Origin: Phoronis australis
Taxonomy: Eukaryota > Animalia > Phoronida
Length of the DNA: 64,000 bases
Reading direction: 5' to 3'
Assembly: GCA_002633005.1 (NCBI GenBank)
Contig: NMRA01000840.1
Coordinates: forward strand, 5,410-69,409
The notes beneath the pieces were generated by a model, which saw only the letters and a program-made list of their open reading frames with translations, did not search any database and was not told the origin of the DNA. Below, one piece after another: positions 25,201 to 37,707 of the stretch; position 1 is the first letter of the stretch, and each line of letters begins with the position of its first letter. Position numbers and translations under genes: made by a program.

Positions 25201-26390
25201 CCGTGAATATGATTGTTGTAAGTGAAATGATGTAAGAGTAATAACAATCTGAAAAGGAAGGAAGAATAAGAAGAATAACAAGAATAATAAGAAGGTAAAA
25301 TACGTAGAACTGTAAAACTCTGCGCTTGCACGCGCAGAGTAATAAGAAGATAAAATACGTAGAACTGTAAAACTCTGCGCTTGCACGCGCAGAGTAATAA
25401 GAAGATAAAATACGTAGAACAGTAAAACTCTGCGCTTGGACGCGCAGAGTAATCAGATAATTTTCCGCCAGAAAACCAGGAAAACTAGATCTTCGCAAAA
25501 TCTTGAAAGCAATAGACTGCTACATCATCTTTAACTTACATACAGTACATGTAAGCCAATTGCGTGCACCTGGATGAATGTTAACCAGATTAAGGCGAGA
25601 TCTTTTCTGGTTACGCTAACTTTCAAATTGCTTACCACAGTTTACTCAATTTGGTGTTTCTGCTGCAAGAACTGAACTATCATAGTGTACAGGGTCTACA
25701 TAATTTACCCCAGATTAGTCGGTGGGGTCCCAAGACTTCTGATAGCTTAGGGTTCCACAAGCACTTAATCCAGCACTGACATAGCCGTGCCTCTCTATTC
25801 AATTCCACCTGGTGATTGAAACACGCTCCCACCCCAGGCTGCCGCAAGCAAAATAAAACAGCAATAAACAGGAAGTGATGATATACTTAGTTGAGTAACT
25901 AGGACCGATAGCGGATGAGGGGGGCTTAGAACCCAGATCGTGGCGGAATCGTGTCCCCGTTTTTTATTTTTTAGTCCATCGATACAAGAAGGTCCTCATC
26001 CACGGCCCCCGCAACTTTAGGGCCGCCTGTCCAAATACACGCGCTTTTCCCAATTCCCCGAGGCAACATGTNCCCCCCTTATGGTATCCCAGAACCGTCA
26101 CTGTGTGGAGAGTGTGTTCAGAGTAGCGTACGTTAATTGGTAGCCTATCTGTGTCGAATTTTACGCGGCATGTTGGGAGTGTATGTAATTCGTACATGTT
26201 TGTTGTGCTTGGTTTTACTTTTTTGATTATAATAGTTTAGGTTCCTGTAGTGAAGAATTTCTTGAAATCTTGGTCAAATCCATGGACCGAAAAGTCAGAA
26301 ATACCCGCAAATGCACGTTCAAATGCAAAAACCAGTAAGATACATGTACATACACCAACTAGCTTAGCAAGCTTAAGACTCTGGGAGGAG

Positions 26391-27480
26391 GTAGTAGTAG
26401 TAGTAATACACTTTATTCACATTTAAGTCAAACACCAAAAAATACAGTTGATACAGATTTACGCTTATGGAGACTCCGTGAAGGACCCGAGAGGTCCGCT
26501 GACCACGGAGCCACCAGAGAATAAGACAGAAAAAATACAGCGTCAGATAAGCAGAACTATAAAAATTAGGTGATGATGTACTTTAAAACTACTTGTGTAA
26601 AGACTGGGAGAGATTATCGAAAATAGTTACATACAAAGCAGTTGGGAATAGTGCACTCAAGTTCATAATTTTCAAAACAAACATTCTTAAAATAATTTAT
26701 AACAGAGGATAACGAATGGGTAAAAAGTTTTTGGTAGACACTTTCAGGAAGGTTATTAATGATATGAGGTAGGGCATTTCGAACTGAATCTTCAACAAAT
26801 GATTTAGTACAACGGGGAGTATGTAAAAGATGTCGTTGCCTAGTGTAATGTTCATGAACAGACCCACGAGTAATTAAATTGAACGTGTTAAAAAATAAAG
26901 GTAAGTAATTATGAACATATTTGTAGAAAAATTTAATAATAGCAACAACATACAAGTCCTTTATTTTGAGTAACTGTGTAGTCTTAAATAAAGGATCTGT
27001 ATGGGCATTAAAATGACTAGAGGTAATATTGCGAATAACCTTTTTCTGTAATTTAAATATTCTGTGATGTTCACACCCCCATAGCAGAATGCCATAATTA
27101 AAATGAGGAAGGACAAGGCCATTATATATAGTTTTCAAAGTTTCAAAGGGCAAGAAATGTTTTATGTTATTAAGAACACCACAGAATCTGCTTATCTTTC
27201 TCAACAAATTGTTTATGTGTGGACTCCATAACAAGTTTTCGTTGATGGTAACACCAAGTAAATTGAAAGAACGAACTCTTTCAATTTCCAAATTATTAAA
27301 CTTTAAATAAAAATCATCAATACGTTTTGGGGATTTATGAAAAACCATGAATTTTGTTTTAGTTGCATTTAAAACCAGTCCATTTACGTTTAACCAAGAC
27401 TGAATTTTCTCCAGCTCCGCACAAAACATGCGTGACTCATTAACAGACAACGTGCTATGAATACTATTAATAATAGTAGT
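26391..27480 (-). mobile_element. 5'-truncated non-LTR retrotransposon (L2/CR1-group), RT C-terminus and 3' UTR
   Basis: Uninterrupted ORF to 26614 with ELEKIQSWLNVNGLVLNATKTKFMVF, FNLLGVTINENLLWSPHI, HFNYGILLWG and terminal CxxxxCxxC. The 3' UTR has a stem-loop (26472-26510), AATAAA and a (TAC)n tail. Confidence 0.9.
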
Positions 27481-27489
27481 AGGATGAAG

Positions 27490-28513
27490 ACACACACCAC
27501 TGGTCGGATTTTCCCGGAATGGTCGGAACAGGATGAAACTGGTCGATGGTATTGTTATAACGTATTTTGTATCGTGTATCAAATGTAGAAGCGCAAACTT
27601 GATATACATGTACATGTAGGTACTATGCGTTGGGATTTGAAACTCAAAAACGTAGCTAAGGTTCGTTTCTAAAGGGTACTGAGATCTTTTTATTTGACAT
27701 TCTTAATATTTGCTTCAATAATCCACTAAATACACGAAAACTATCCTAACGACTAAAACAGCTAAGACAGAACCTATTGAGAAACATAAAGTAAAATAAA
27801 CACATAATTCCATGCATATTATTCAAGGAAGAAGGTGGTTTGAAGAAGACATTAAGGAACGGGTCGAAGCAAATGACCGGATCTGACAGGTTCCATGCCG
27901 TTCAGATTTCCAGACATTCCGAGCTGATCCCACTAGTTCGAAGTTGTTCCAGCCGGCTCTGTCAGCTTCCGATCGCAAGGAATTTCGACCTCACTTCAAA
28001 CACGACTGGTCCCATCCAACTCCACCCCTACCTGTTGCAAGACATTTTGACTACACCATCAAATACGCCCACTTCATTTCCACTGGTTCTGGCCAGCTAC
28101 ACCCGGTTCCATCTGGTTCTGATCCGTTCCAACTAGTTCCCATACATTTTCAATTACACGTCAAACATGAGCAAGGTAGGCTACAACTGGTTCCGAGCAG
28201 TCGTGAATAGCCCCCCCCCTTCCCCCTAGGTTCCGGTCCCGACCAGGTCCATCCGGTTCTTACAGGATTGTACAAGTTCTCACTATTTTCAGTTGATTCC
28301 GACTGCAAGTCATTTCCGATACAAATACATGCCAAAGATGCCCACTACATTCCGACAGGTTCCGACCACCTCCATGCCGTTTCATTCGTGTCTGACGGGC
28401 CAGTTCATCTCATTAGACACTTTTGACTGCACAAGAGTCAAGAACGCTCACCTCCCATTCGTTTCCGACCATTCCCAACCGCTTCCGAATGCATCCGACC
28501 GTTGTTAGTGTAT
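27490..28513. mobile_element. Putative non-autonomous DNA transposon rich in TTCCGACC-like motifs
   Basis: Imperfect inverted ends ACAC..GGTCGGA..GGAATGGTCGGAA and TTCCGACCATTCC..TCCGACC..GTGT; many internal GTTCC/TTCCGA motifs. Confidence 0.45.
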
Positions 28514-28979
28514 ACACGTTGTACCTGGTGTTGTGTTCCTCAAAATTGAAAGCCCAGGTTCGTGTTTGACGTTTAGTCAAAAATGTCCTGCGGGACACTC
28601 CCTATATAGTTTTGGACAAATGTTTGCATCAAATACACATGAATAAAAGTCGTTAATTTGCAAAATCTAATAAGACGCCCATTTTGAGAGGGGCAGGTGG
28701 AATCACTAATACCATCACGAGACTAAAGAAGGTGGATTGGAGACGCGCGCGCAACCAGTCCAAATGGGAACATGCCGGCCCGGTACCAGAAGCGCCATGA
28801 AACAACTGCGTCGAGTATAAGACGCGGCAGAAGTTTCGTCTGGTGTTAATCAGTCACCCTTTTGTACGCGCGTTTTTGGTCAATGCAACTATAGCAGCAG
28901 GCGGTAGCCTTTTGACAAGAACGCATTCAAAGCTGTCCCTTGTGAGCAATAATAAGTCACAGGCTAGTTGGTACAATTT

Positions 28980-31270
28980 CATGACAGTTACGATGCCCAA
29001 ACCTCGAATGCAAGTACATTCACCAGCAGATCCGCACGCTGCTAATGGCCCTGGTGAGGACAATGCAGACCCCGTGAGACTGTTAACCAAATTCGAGCAC
29101 TACAATGTCGGCAACGTGAACATAACATACCAACGTTATCTGTTCAATTCCCGAACACTGCATGTCTGAAGAGGAATCCTTTGATGTGTTTTTAACTGAG
29201 TCACTTAATAACCGTTTCAAAACCGGTCACTTCTGTGACTGTCTGCGTGAGGATTTGCTACGTGACCGCATTATGATTGGTATTAGTGATGTTCATGTCC
29301 GCAAGCAGTTACTGCAGCTCCGTGATCCCACATTAAACAAAGCCGTGGATCTGTGACGATACTGCGCTCCAGTTACGCAACATTGGCCGCGGTGAAGATT
29401 CGAACACAGTGAACAAGTGACTTTGATTCCCAGAACACGCCCGGAGCGCATATTCCACTGTTTGTTTTGTGATGGTAACCACATACGTAAGAAAGATGTC
29501 TGTCCATCCTGAGGCAAGAGTAGTCTGTCGTGCCATATGCCTTACCAGTTTGCAGTTTGTTGCAAGAACTCTTCCCGAAAGCCTGTTCATGTGGTCACTG
29601 AGCACCCTGATGACTAGTTTGTTTTGCTTGTTTAGGCTTTGGTGCAGTCCGTCCATGAATCTCGTGTTGTCGCTTCCATGAATGACGGCCCTCACAAAGA
29701 CTTAACTTATGCAAGCGTGCTACTTAGTGGGAGCCCCATAACACTTCAAGTTGATCCTGGTGCGACTGTCAATAGTATACCGCGTAGGAATGTCTAGAGA
29801 CTGATCCTGCATCCCTCGACAACTAAACTCCAAATCTGTAACAACGAGCTACACCTGTGGAAGGAGCTCTGTGTCTCGCCATCAACAATCACAAGACAAT
29901 GGATGAGTATGATCTCTGTTTTATGTCGTGAGTGTCGACTTTACCCCATTACTCAGCCGGTCCTCTGCGGAATAAACGAGAATAGCGACTGTGAACTATC
30001 AGCACATTGAACCTACCAGCACAATAAATTCTTNNNNNNNNNNNNNNNNNNNNNNNNNNNNNNNNNNNNNNNNNNNNNNNNNNNNNNNNNNNNNNNNNNN
30101 NNNNNNNNNNNNNNNNNNNNNNNNNNNNNNNNNNNNNNNNNNNNNNNNNNNNNNNNNNNNNNNNNNNNNNNNNNNNNNNNNNNNNNNNNNNNNNNNNNNN
30201 NNNNNNNNNNNNNNNNNNNNNNNNNNNNNNNNNNNNNNNNNNNNNNNNNNNNNNNNNNNNNNNNNNNNNNNNNNNNNNNNNNNNNNNNNNNNNNNNNNNN
30301 NNNNNNNNNNNNNNNNNNNNNNNNNNNNNNNNNNNNNNNNNNNNNNNNNNNNNNNNNNNNNNNNNNNNNNGCACTGAAATCAAGTAAGATATAATAATAA
30401 AATTTATTTTGAGGTACTAGAGTCATGTTGTGTACACTTTAAACAAAGCCGTGGATCTGTGACGATACTGCGCTCCAGTTACGCCACAATGGCCGCGGTG
30501 AGGATTCGGACACAGTGAACAATGACTTTGATTCCCAGAACACGCCCTGAGCGCACGATCCACTGTTTGTTTCGTGATGGTAACCACATACGTAAGAAAG
30601 ATGTCTGTCCATCCTGAGGCAAGACTTGTCTGTCGTGCCATAAGCCTAACCAGTTTGCAAGAACTCTTCCCGAAAGCCTGTTCATGTGGTCACTGAGCAC
30701 CCTGATGACGAGTTTGTTTTGCTTGTTCAGACTTTAGTGCAGTCCAACCATGAATCTCGTGTTGTCGACGGCCCATACAAAGACTTAACTTATGCAAGCG
30801 TGCTACTTAGTGGGAGCCCCATAACACTTCAAGTTGATCCTGGTGCGACTGTCAATTGTATACTGCGTAGGAATGTCTAGAGACTCATCCTGCATCCCTC
30901 GACAACTAAACTCCAAATGTGTAACAACAAGCTACACCAGTGGAAGGAGCTGTGTGTCTCGCCATCAACAAGACCCAGTGCATCTCACTACTGATCGGAC
31001 TGTTAAAACCAGTAAAATGTGTGTGATTTGTGGGAAAGCAACTTGGTGACAGAGGCTAAGAAGTGCAAACCCCTGCAGACGCAAAAGAGTGCATCTTCGC
31101 AAGTCCTATATGAACCTCCATCCACTGTATAGTGGGGGGGGGGTGCCCTCTCTGCTGCTAAAACCCGCGTTGCTGTAACGTCTAGTGACTATAACAGATG
31201 TTTCGACGGACCACTTCGTGTTCGAGAAACTCCACCCTACTTAAAGGAGTATGTCGTGGGTTCTTGTACT
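28980..31270 (+). mobile_element. Decayed Gypsy-like LTR retrotransposon (gag, protease, integrase-tail remnants), partly duplicated across an N gap
   Basis: Gag-like YQRYLFNSR / ESFDVFLTE / LLRDRIMIGISDVHVRKQLLQLRDPTLNKAVDL, protease-like ITLQVDPGATVNCI, and RVRETPPYLKEYV near 31220-31258. Many stops and frameshifts. LTRs not confidently seen. Confidence 0.78.
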
Positions 31271-31815
31271 TAATCTGTGGACTATTATTTCTTGGCTATA
31301 GTCTTTTGGTACGTGTGTCTATCTAGTTTCAATTCTGCTTTTCTTTTGTTTTTTTATTTATTTTTAATTTTTGGGAGGTTGTTTCAAAAATGTTTAGTTT
31401 TATCGCCAGTCAACAGACGACTTTGCTAGTAACGAGTTAGCCACGTCGTCCTTCCGAAATAAAAGTGTCATGTCGGCAAGTAGTTTAACGTTTTATTCGC
31501 ACTAATACTAGTCAGTCTTGAAACAACTTATGCCCAAGATATTAACGCTCAAGCATGAACGAAATCAGGTGCAAAGCATCAACAATGGGAAACGCACGTG
31601 CTGTATGGGACTTCAACGTGGTGAAAGTGACGTGCTTAGTATAATTTGGAACACCTCGGATATTTTCGCAGCCTCAAATCTGGCCCTTCTGAGTTGAACG
31701 ACATCTGAGCATGTCCGTACTTAAATCATTGGCACATGACATGCCCGGAGAACTTTGACCTCCGAACTGAGGTAACGGAAATACCCGAGGTGTCCCGTAC
31801 AGCTTAGTACATCTA

Positions 31816-32244
31816 CTACTGTTCGTTCAGTCTAACGTGATCAAAATCTGAGTTGTTGCTGAAGCCGCGTTGGCAACAACAGAAACATAGCACTACTGTC
31901 ACAACTGAAACAATAAACATGGTTGCCAACACGAGAAGTCCAATCATAAACCCCAAATCTTCACCGGTCCCTGTCGTAGCTCTTGGTTCGTAGACGCATC
32001 TGGAGTAGTTCCCTGAGCTGACCAGCAACTCGCTCATGGCTGCTAGGCTCCCATTGTTTGGAGCAGCTCTAACACCCAGGATGTGACATAGCATGGGGTA
32101 AATATTGACTGTACTGACCGAGCCGGCAAAGTGTGAGCACTTGAAGTATGGACCTCGAGCCATGAATATCGTTCTCATATTGGGTAACCGGTTGTCGTAG
32201 CCGTGCGTTCCTATATCCGGCAGGTTGTATTTGCTGCTGTTATT
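31816..32244 (-). CDS. ENPP4/5-like phosphodiesterase, exon 5 (THGYDN, TM helix, Cys cluster)
   Basis: Acceptor TGTAG|AAT; GTHGYDNRLPNMRTIFMARGP..VNIYPMLCHILGVRAAPNNGS; TM FMIGLLVLATMFIVSVVTVVL; stop TAG. Confidence 0.9.
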   Translation of the reverse strand, partial: NNSSKYNLPDIGTHGYDNRLPNMRTIFMARGPYFKCSHFAGSVSTVNIYPMLCHILGVRAAPNNGSLAAMSELLVSSGNYSRCVYEPRATTGTGEDLGFMIGLLVLATMFIVSVVTVVLCFCCCQRGFSNNSDFDHVRLNEQ

Positions 32245-33180
32245 CTACAATGTACGAGATCGCAAGTGTCAAAATAATCCCTTTAAGCCATTTTCCGTCA
32301 TATCTCCTCGTCTTCTCTGCTCATAATGCAAAAGATTTCTTACCTTGGTACCGAGCTGACAGCTCAGATGGGAGGTGCGTAAAATAATCATCCGGAAAAA
32401 TCTAATCTCGTGAATCTGGTTTGTAACAACGATCTGCCAATCCTATCCCAGCCACTGAGAAATCACTTCTTATTTGAGTGAACAAGCTGAGACCAATTGT
32501 ATCATAACGATAAGCCATGTCCTGGATAAAAGATAAGTTTTCTATAGTCCGAAAAGATGAACTCAGAATTAGGTTGGACAGATTGAACAGCTGTTTATCG
32601 TAAATCATGAGAACATTAAATTTATGAAATCGAAAATTTCCTAAATATGGCCATACGCCATCCACTGATTATGTGGTTACGTCATCAACATTTTAGCGTG
32701 TTTATCCCTGCTCTTTATATTTTCCATTTGTGTGTACATAAAAACTTACAGCAAAGCAATAGCCATTTTCCGAATTTGCAGAGACATGGTAAAACATGCC
32801 TTGTAGCTAGAAAATGCCGATAGTTTAGTTGGCGGACCCATGCGGTGCTGCATTCGGGTATGGATTTAACGCTTGATGACATTTCCAACCACTTTGTTCT
32901 ACAATTCTTGGATCGTCATGTCGTTGAACTGTGCAGTTGGATACTCAAAACGATTAAAACAAAAAGTGTCCAGTATCTCGAAATGACCGCTAGTGAAATA
33001 AAGTACGATTCCTACTTGCCAATTTAGCCCACCTTGCAAACCTACAAATTGGTTCGAGCGCTGAAAAGAAGCTTTTGTGGTCTCACAACGTTCGGGAAGG
33101 GAGTTATCGAGTGTTTCGTTGTTTTTAGGCAAGTGGTCGTTTTTATAAGCACCCGTTAAAATGATAAAACCATATCTCAC

Positions 33181-33441
33181 CGGACGGACATTGTAGCCCT
33201 CATGAGCTACTACTATAAGGGGGCTCACACGATTGGTGTTAGCATAGTGCCAGTAAATAGGGATGTCTTCCTTCTTGTACACATCGAAACCCCGCGTCTG
33301 GCTTGCGTTTTGCAAAAGCTCGTAGACTTCATGCAAATGGTTGCCTTTAGGCACTATTTGACAGGAAGTGCCCCAGTCGGGATAGTGTGCGACATGGTCC
33401 CTGTCGAAATTTGGAAGATCCTCTAGGTCGACGATGTCTTT
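33181..33441 (-). CDS. ENPP4/5-like, exon 4
   Basis: TTTCAG|AAA ... CCG|GTGAGA, 261 nt; VYKKEDIPIYWHYANTNRVSPLIVVAHEGY. Confidence 0.9.
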
Positions 33442-33659
33442 CTGAAAGGATACAGTCAACTATTGTTTAATTACAAATAGTCTTGCACACAATCTTCAGT
33501 ATACGTCGTGCTCTATATACAGTTGTACAGTAGTTGTGTCAGAGAATTGTGAGGCAATGCCCGTGGCACTGACGATTACACAACAGTGGATACCATAGCC
33601 TTCCTATCTTATCCGTATCTTGATCTTTTGTGCACCCCATGAAATCACTTGCGTATTAT

Positions 33660-33825
33660 GTGATGGTTCTCATTCACTCCCTTGCTTACACGCATCAGTA
33701 CGACCGAGCTGAGAGGAGTAGGAAACCCCATTGTGCGAAGCTCGATTGTCAGCCAGTAAAGCCAGGATTCGAACCCGCGTCTCCCAAACGGGAGTCTGGA
33801 ACTCAAAGCAATGAGCCGCACTGTC
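33660..33825 (-). mobile_element. tRNA-derived SINE-like repeat in ENPP intron
   Basis: Minus strand has a B box GGGTTCGAATCC preceded by a degenerate A box at tRNA-like spacing, but no complete acceptor stem. Confidence 0.55.
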
Positions 33826-33885
33826 TCATTTCCATAGGTGAATACGTGATAGACGTGACAGAAAAAGAAAGCAAACCCCTCTAAC

Positions 33886-34113
33886 CTTGTCCATATTGGT
33901 GAAACCATGATCACTAACGATGACTAGGTTCACAGAGTGGTACATATTTCTCGTTTTCATTTCTCGAAGAAGATAGCCTAGATCTCCGTCAACTTCCTTC
34001 AGCGCGTCTACTATGTTATCACTGTCCGGACCGTGCCTGTGGCCCGTTTCGTCAGGCTCGTGGTAGTATAGAGTGGCAAATCTTACGTCATCATATTGGA
34101 ACCAATCAAGAAC
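33886..34113 (-). CDS. ENPP4/5-like, exon 3 (metal ligands)
   Basis: TTTTCAG|GTT ... AAG|GTTAGA, 228 nt; LYYHEPDETGHRHGPDS and VNLVIVSDHGF. Not in the ORF track. Confidence 0.92.
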
Positions 34114-35165
34114 CTGAAAACGAATATATTAAGGAAACAGTTCTTCTTAAGTGAAATCTCTGCAGTTATTAGAGGAACGGTAGCTACTCTAAGTGAATAC
34201 AGTTTAACTGAAAACGGAAAACTATAAAAAGTCTTGTTGCCTGAATGAACACTGCACCGACGTCTCGAATAGAAAACCTCTTTTCACAAATAACCCACTT
34301 GATCCACGGTTTACCTGCTCAGAAACTATGTACACCAGACCCGTTTTTCTATGGCAGAGAAGGTCTAAAAAGTTATCCAAATTTCCGAATACATACCTAG
34401 CAGAGGGTAGAAACCGACTTTTACCGCAGGATTCCACCCTCATCAGATATCTCAAAAATTCTTATCACGCACAAAACATGAACAACGAGCCTGGTCTTCG
34501 ACCACAATCGGGCATTCTTCCCACAGACAATAACGCGTCTCAGTTTCTCGGTGTTGCGATTTCGATGATTTCTTTTAAATATTTCCGTGGTAAGAATGGC
34601 TGAGTGTGGTTGGAGTAAAAACTTCTTGGTAAGTGATTTTTCGACGCATGGCATGGGCACTGCACCATACATATATGTATGTAGGGGGTTGGGGCGGGGG
34701 GTTGGGGGGCTATAGCCTTCAAATTTTTCCTTGGTGCGCCGTCCATGATCTACCGGCGGTGCACCACACAGGGGTTGGGGGCTATGGCCTCCACTTTTCT
34801 CAGTGCCGCGCCGCCCATGTTTCGGGTAAAGCTGATTCTGGCTAACGGACAGAGCTCGCAGGCAACACCTGCTTCGAAAGCTATGTTTACCACCCAATCT
34901 TTCCAATCGACGAACTACTTTGTCTTTTTTATAGTAAATGTTTGTGCAAAGACAGTTGGCATTTAGTGTTAATTTATCAACAAGACTTGTGCGTTACACT
35001 ACCCAAAGAGTAAGACGCCATCTTCTATTCTTTTTACATAGGCTTAAAACATTTTATGCCACGCAACAGAGCAAATATCTTTATCTCTAAATTTTCAACC
35101 CACGACTAGTAACGGTGAATGAACGTTAAATACAACTTTCCATTAGTATAACACGATGCACTTGC

Positions 35166-35437
35166 CTGGTTGACTCTAAGTTTAAACTTTACGGACTTGT
35201 TGTATTCCTTCACGAATTTCTCATCTACAAACTGGTGGGGGTCCGTCAACACTGCCTCACTCCCTGGCCAGAAGTATGTAGCTGCCTTCCAGCCATACTT
35301 CCGAACAGTTGTCCAGATAGGCTCACCCAGCCACCATTTGTAGTTCTGAACATCCTTCTTGTTCAGTCGATTGAAATCTCCCAACACCGGGTCGTGGAAA
35401 TGGTTTGCCATGATGCCATGGGATTCTTGGTAAAGTC
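35166..35437 (-). CDS. ENPP4/5-like, exon 2
   Basis: CGTAG|GA; GLYQESHGIMAN..WWLGEPIWTT..YFWPGSEA; ends at a GC donor CAG|GCAAGT. Confidence 0.9.
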
Positions 35438-35890
35438 CTACGAGACAGATATTTTACGTGATTGATTTACTATCTCGGCTTATACCGTTTCAGCTGGGAC
35501 AATGTCAGTTAACATTATTAAGATTAGGGTCACAAACCGAACACTGACAGCTTGGCCGTGGCCGATCAAAGGTCTTAGCTAAAACCATCGCAGTTTTAAA
35601 CACCTTGTCCATTTTGGCAATTGCATGGAGTTTCGAATCCATTTGTAATATTTTGCAACAGTTTACCATGCACCAATGTCAAGGGCGCAAAAATGTCGAC
35701 GAGCCACCTAGACAGAAATCAAAACTGAACTGAAAGTATAGATGTAGCTCAAAAACCCGCACTATAGAAACAATTTGCTGTGACGACACGCGATTACTGT
35801 TAAAGTACCCTCGCAGACATTTTTGGCGGACTAAATTGATTTGTTCTCTCGGCACATGCCGGATCAACACCAATATTGTGTAGTTGGGAA

Positions 35891-37594
35891 TTTCAAAAAA
35901 AAACGTCAGTTGTAACGTTTCCAGCGTCACGTTTGCCATGACGCACTTCATAGTATGACCGCTTAAGGTGGCGCACAACCTTTGATAAGACGGACTCAAC
36001 TAAACCACTTGCCGTTATGAAGTTAGTCTTAAAGTGTTTCTTGGTCAACGATAGATGCAATTTTCTGGACTTAAAGAGAACTCAGAGTTCATTATTGCTT
36101 AAAAGATCTGCATGGCATGTACAAAAAATATGAGTTTTCATGACGTGTCAGCGGATTCGACTGGCGCGATATCTAGCAATAATTAACGAACTGTCTCTTC
36201 TTTACAGCGACAAAAAAAGTTTCTCAATTCTATAAGGGATAAGTTTAGGTCAGGTTATTGAGAAATGGTTTATAACAAACATCGCTGTCGTCGCGCTTTG
36301 AAATTCTGACAAAATAGTCTGTCGTTTGATACACTTCGTCCTTTATTGCTACACCACGACAGTATAACGTTCATGTTCGAGTGAAGCGAGATCGGTCGCG
36401 TTACGCAGAACCGAGCCATGCATTTTGAGCATAGAATATTCACTGTAGAAACAGAAACCCTGATTACCATCCCATAATTCATCAACCCATCAAGTCTAAC
36501 CCATAGTTTAACATTCCAACCTCACGGACATGCCATCAATTTGCAAGATTACGCAACAGAAGTCTCGCGTATACTGACGAATCACTCGCCTTTCATTCTC
36601 TTGATTTTGAGTAGCCTTTCATCACATGACCTCGCTTTTCTCGATCTGTACGAAATGATACCTGGGTAGAGTTCAATAGGTGTCTCGTGGCAGTGGCGGA
36701 TCTAGGATATCACAAGGGGGGGCCCAACATTTTGTCCGGCTGTAAGCATTTGCGCAAACTGAACCACGATTGTAGATGCGCATAGCATCGAATGGGGGGG
36801 CAAACNATTTCAAGAAAAAAAAAAAGTCAGTTGTAACGTTTCCAGCGTCACGTTTGCCATGACGCACTTCATAGTATGACCGCTTAAGGTGGCGCACAAC
36901 CTTTGATAAGACAGACTCAACTAAACCACTTGCCGTTATGAAGTTAGTCTTAAAGTGTTTCTTGGTCAAAGATAGATGCAATTTTCTGAACTCAGAGTTC
37001 ATTATTGCTTAAAAGGTCTGCATGGCATGTACAAAAAATATGAGTTTTCATGACGTGTCAGCGGATTCGACTGGCACGATATCTAGCAATAATTAACGAA
37101 CTGTCTCTTCTTTGCAGGGACAAAAAAGTTTCTCAACTCTATAAGGGAAAAGTTTAGGCCAGGTTATTGAGAAATGGTTTATAACAAACATCGCTGTCGT
37201 CGCGCTTTGAAATTCTAACAAAATAGTCTGTCGTTTGGTACACTTCGTCCTTTATTGCTACACCATGACAGTATAACGTTCATGTTCGAGTGAAGCGAGA
37301 TCGGTCGGGTTACGCAGAACCGGAGCCATGCATTTTGAGCATGGAATGTTCACTGTAGAAACGGAAACCCTGATTACCATCCCATAATTCATCAACGCAT
37401 CAAGTCTAACCCATAGTTTAACATTCCAACCTCACGGACATGCCATCAATTTGCAAGATTACGCTATAGAAGTCTCGCGTATACTGACGTATCACTCGCC
37501 TTTCATTCTCTTGATTTTGAGTAGCCTTTCATGACCTCTATTTTCTCGATCTATACGAAATGATACCTGGGTAGAGTTCAATAGCTGTCTCGTG
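35891..37594. repeat. Tandem ~800-bp duplication separated by a partial MITE and one N
   Basis: 35891-36690 and 36808-37594 are near-identical with scattered SNPs and small indels. Confidence 0.88.
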
Positions 37595-37707
37595 GAGAGA
37601 AAAATCAAACCAAAATCACATGCTCTCATTGAAAATTCATTGCAATAACGCGCCATCTTGCCAAGTCATGCTCTTTGGCGAGGTCCTAGCGTTATTGATC
37701 TGGTTAC

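Larger units (their letters stand above)
20347..25453 (+). repeat. Large satellite-bearing non-autonomous element (main array about 22300-25290), interrupted by a Kolobok-like insertion
   Basis: Diverged higher-order repeats with GCACCTAATGACCCC (22378, 22947, 23360, 23963, 24392, 24836), GACCTTTGACCCGGAAACT and TCCGGTGCATTT. The 3' end has (AAG/AAT)n and three 59-bp copies of the hairpin CTCTGCGCTTGCACGCGCAGAG. The left boundary is uncertain. Confidence 0.7.

Noticed and set aside
29949-30426. ORFs spanning the N run
   Set aside because: Artefacts of the assembly gap.
33750-33825. tRNA gene
   Set aside because: B box is present but no acceptor stem or anticodon arm folds; treated as a SINE head.
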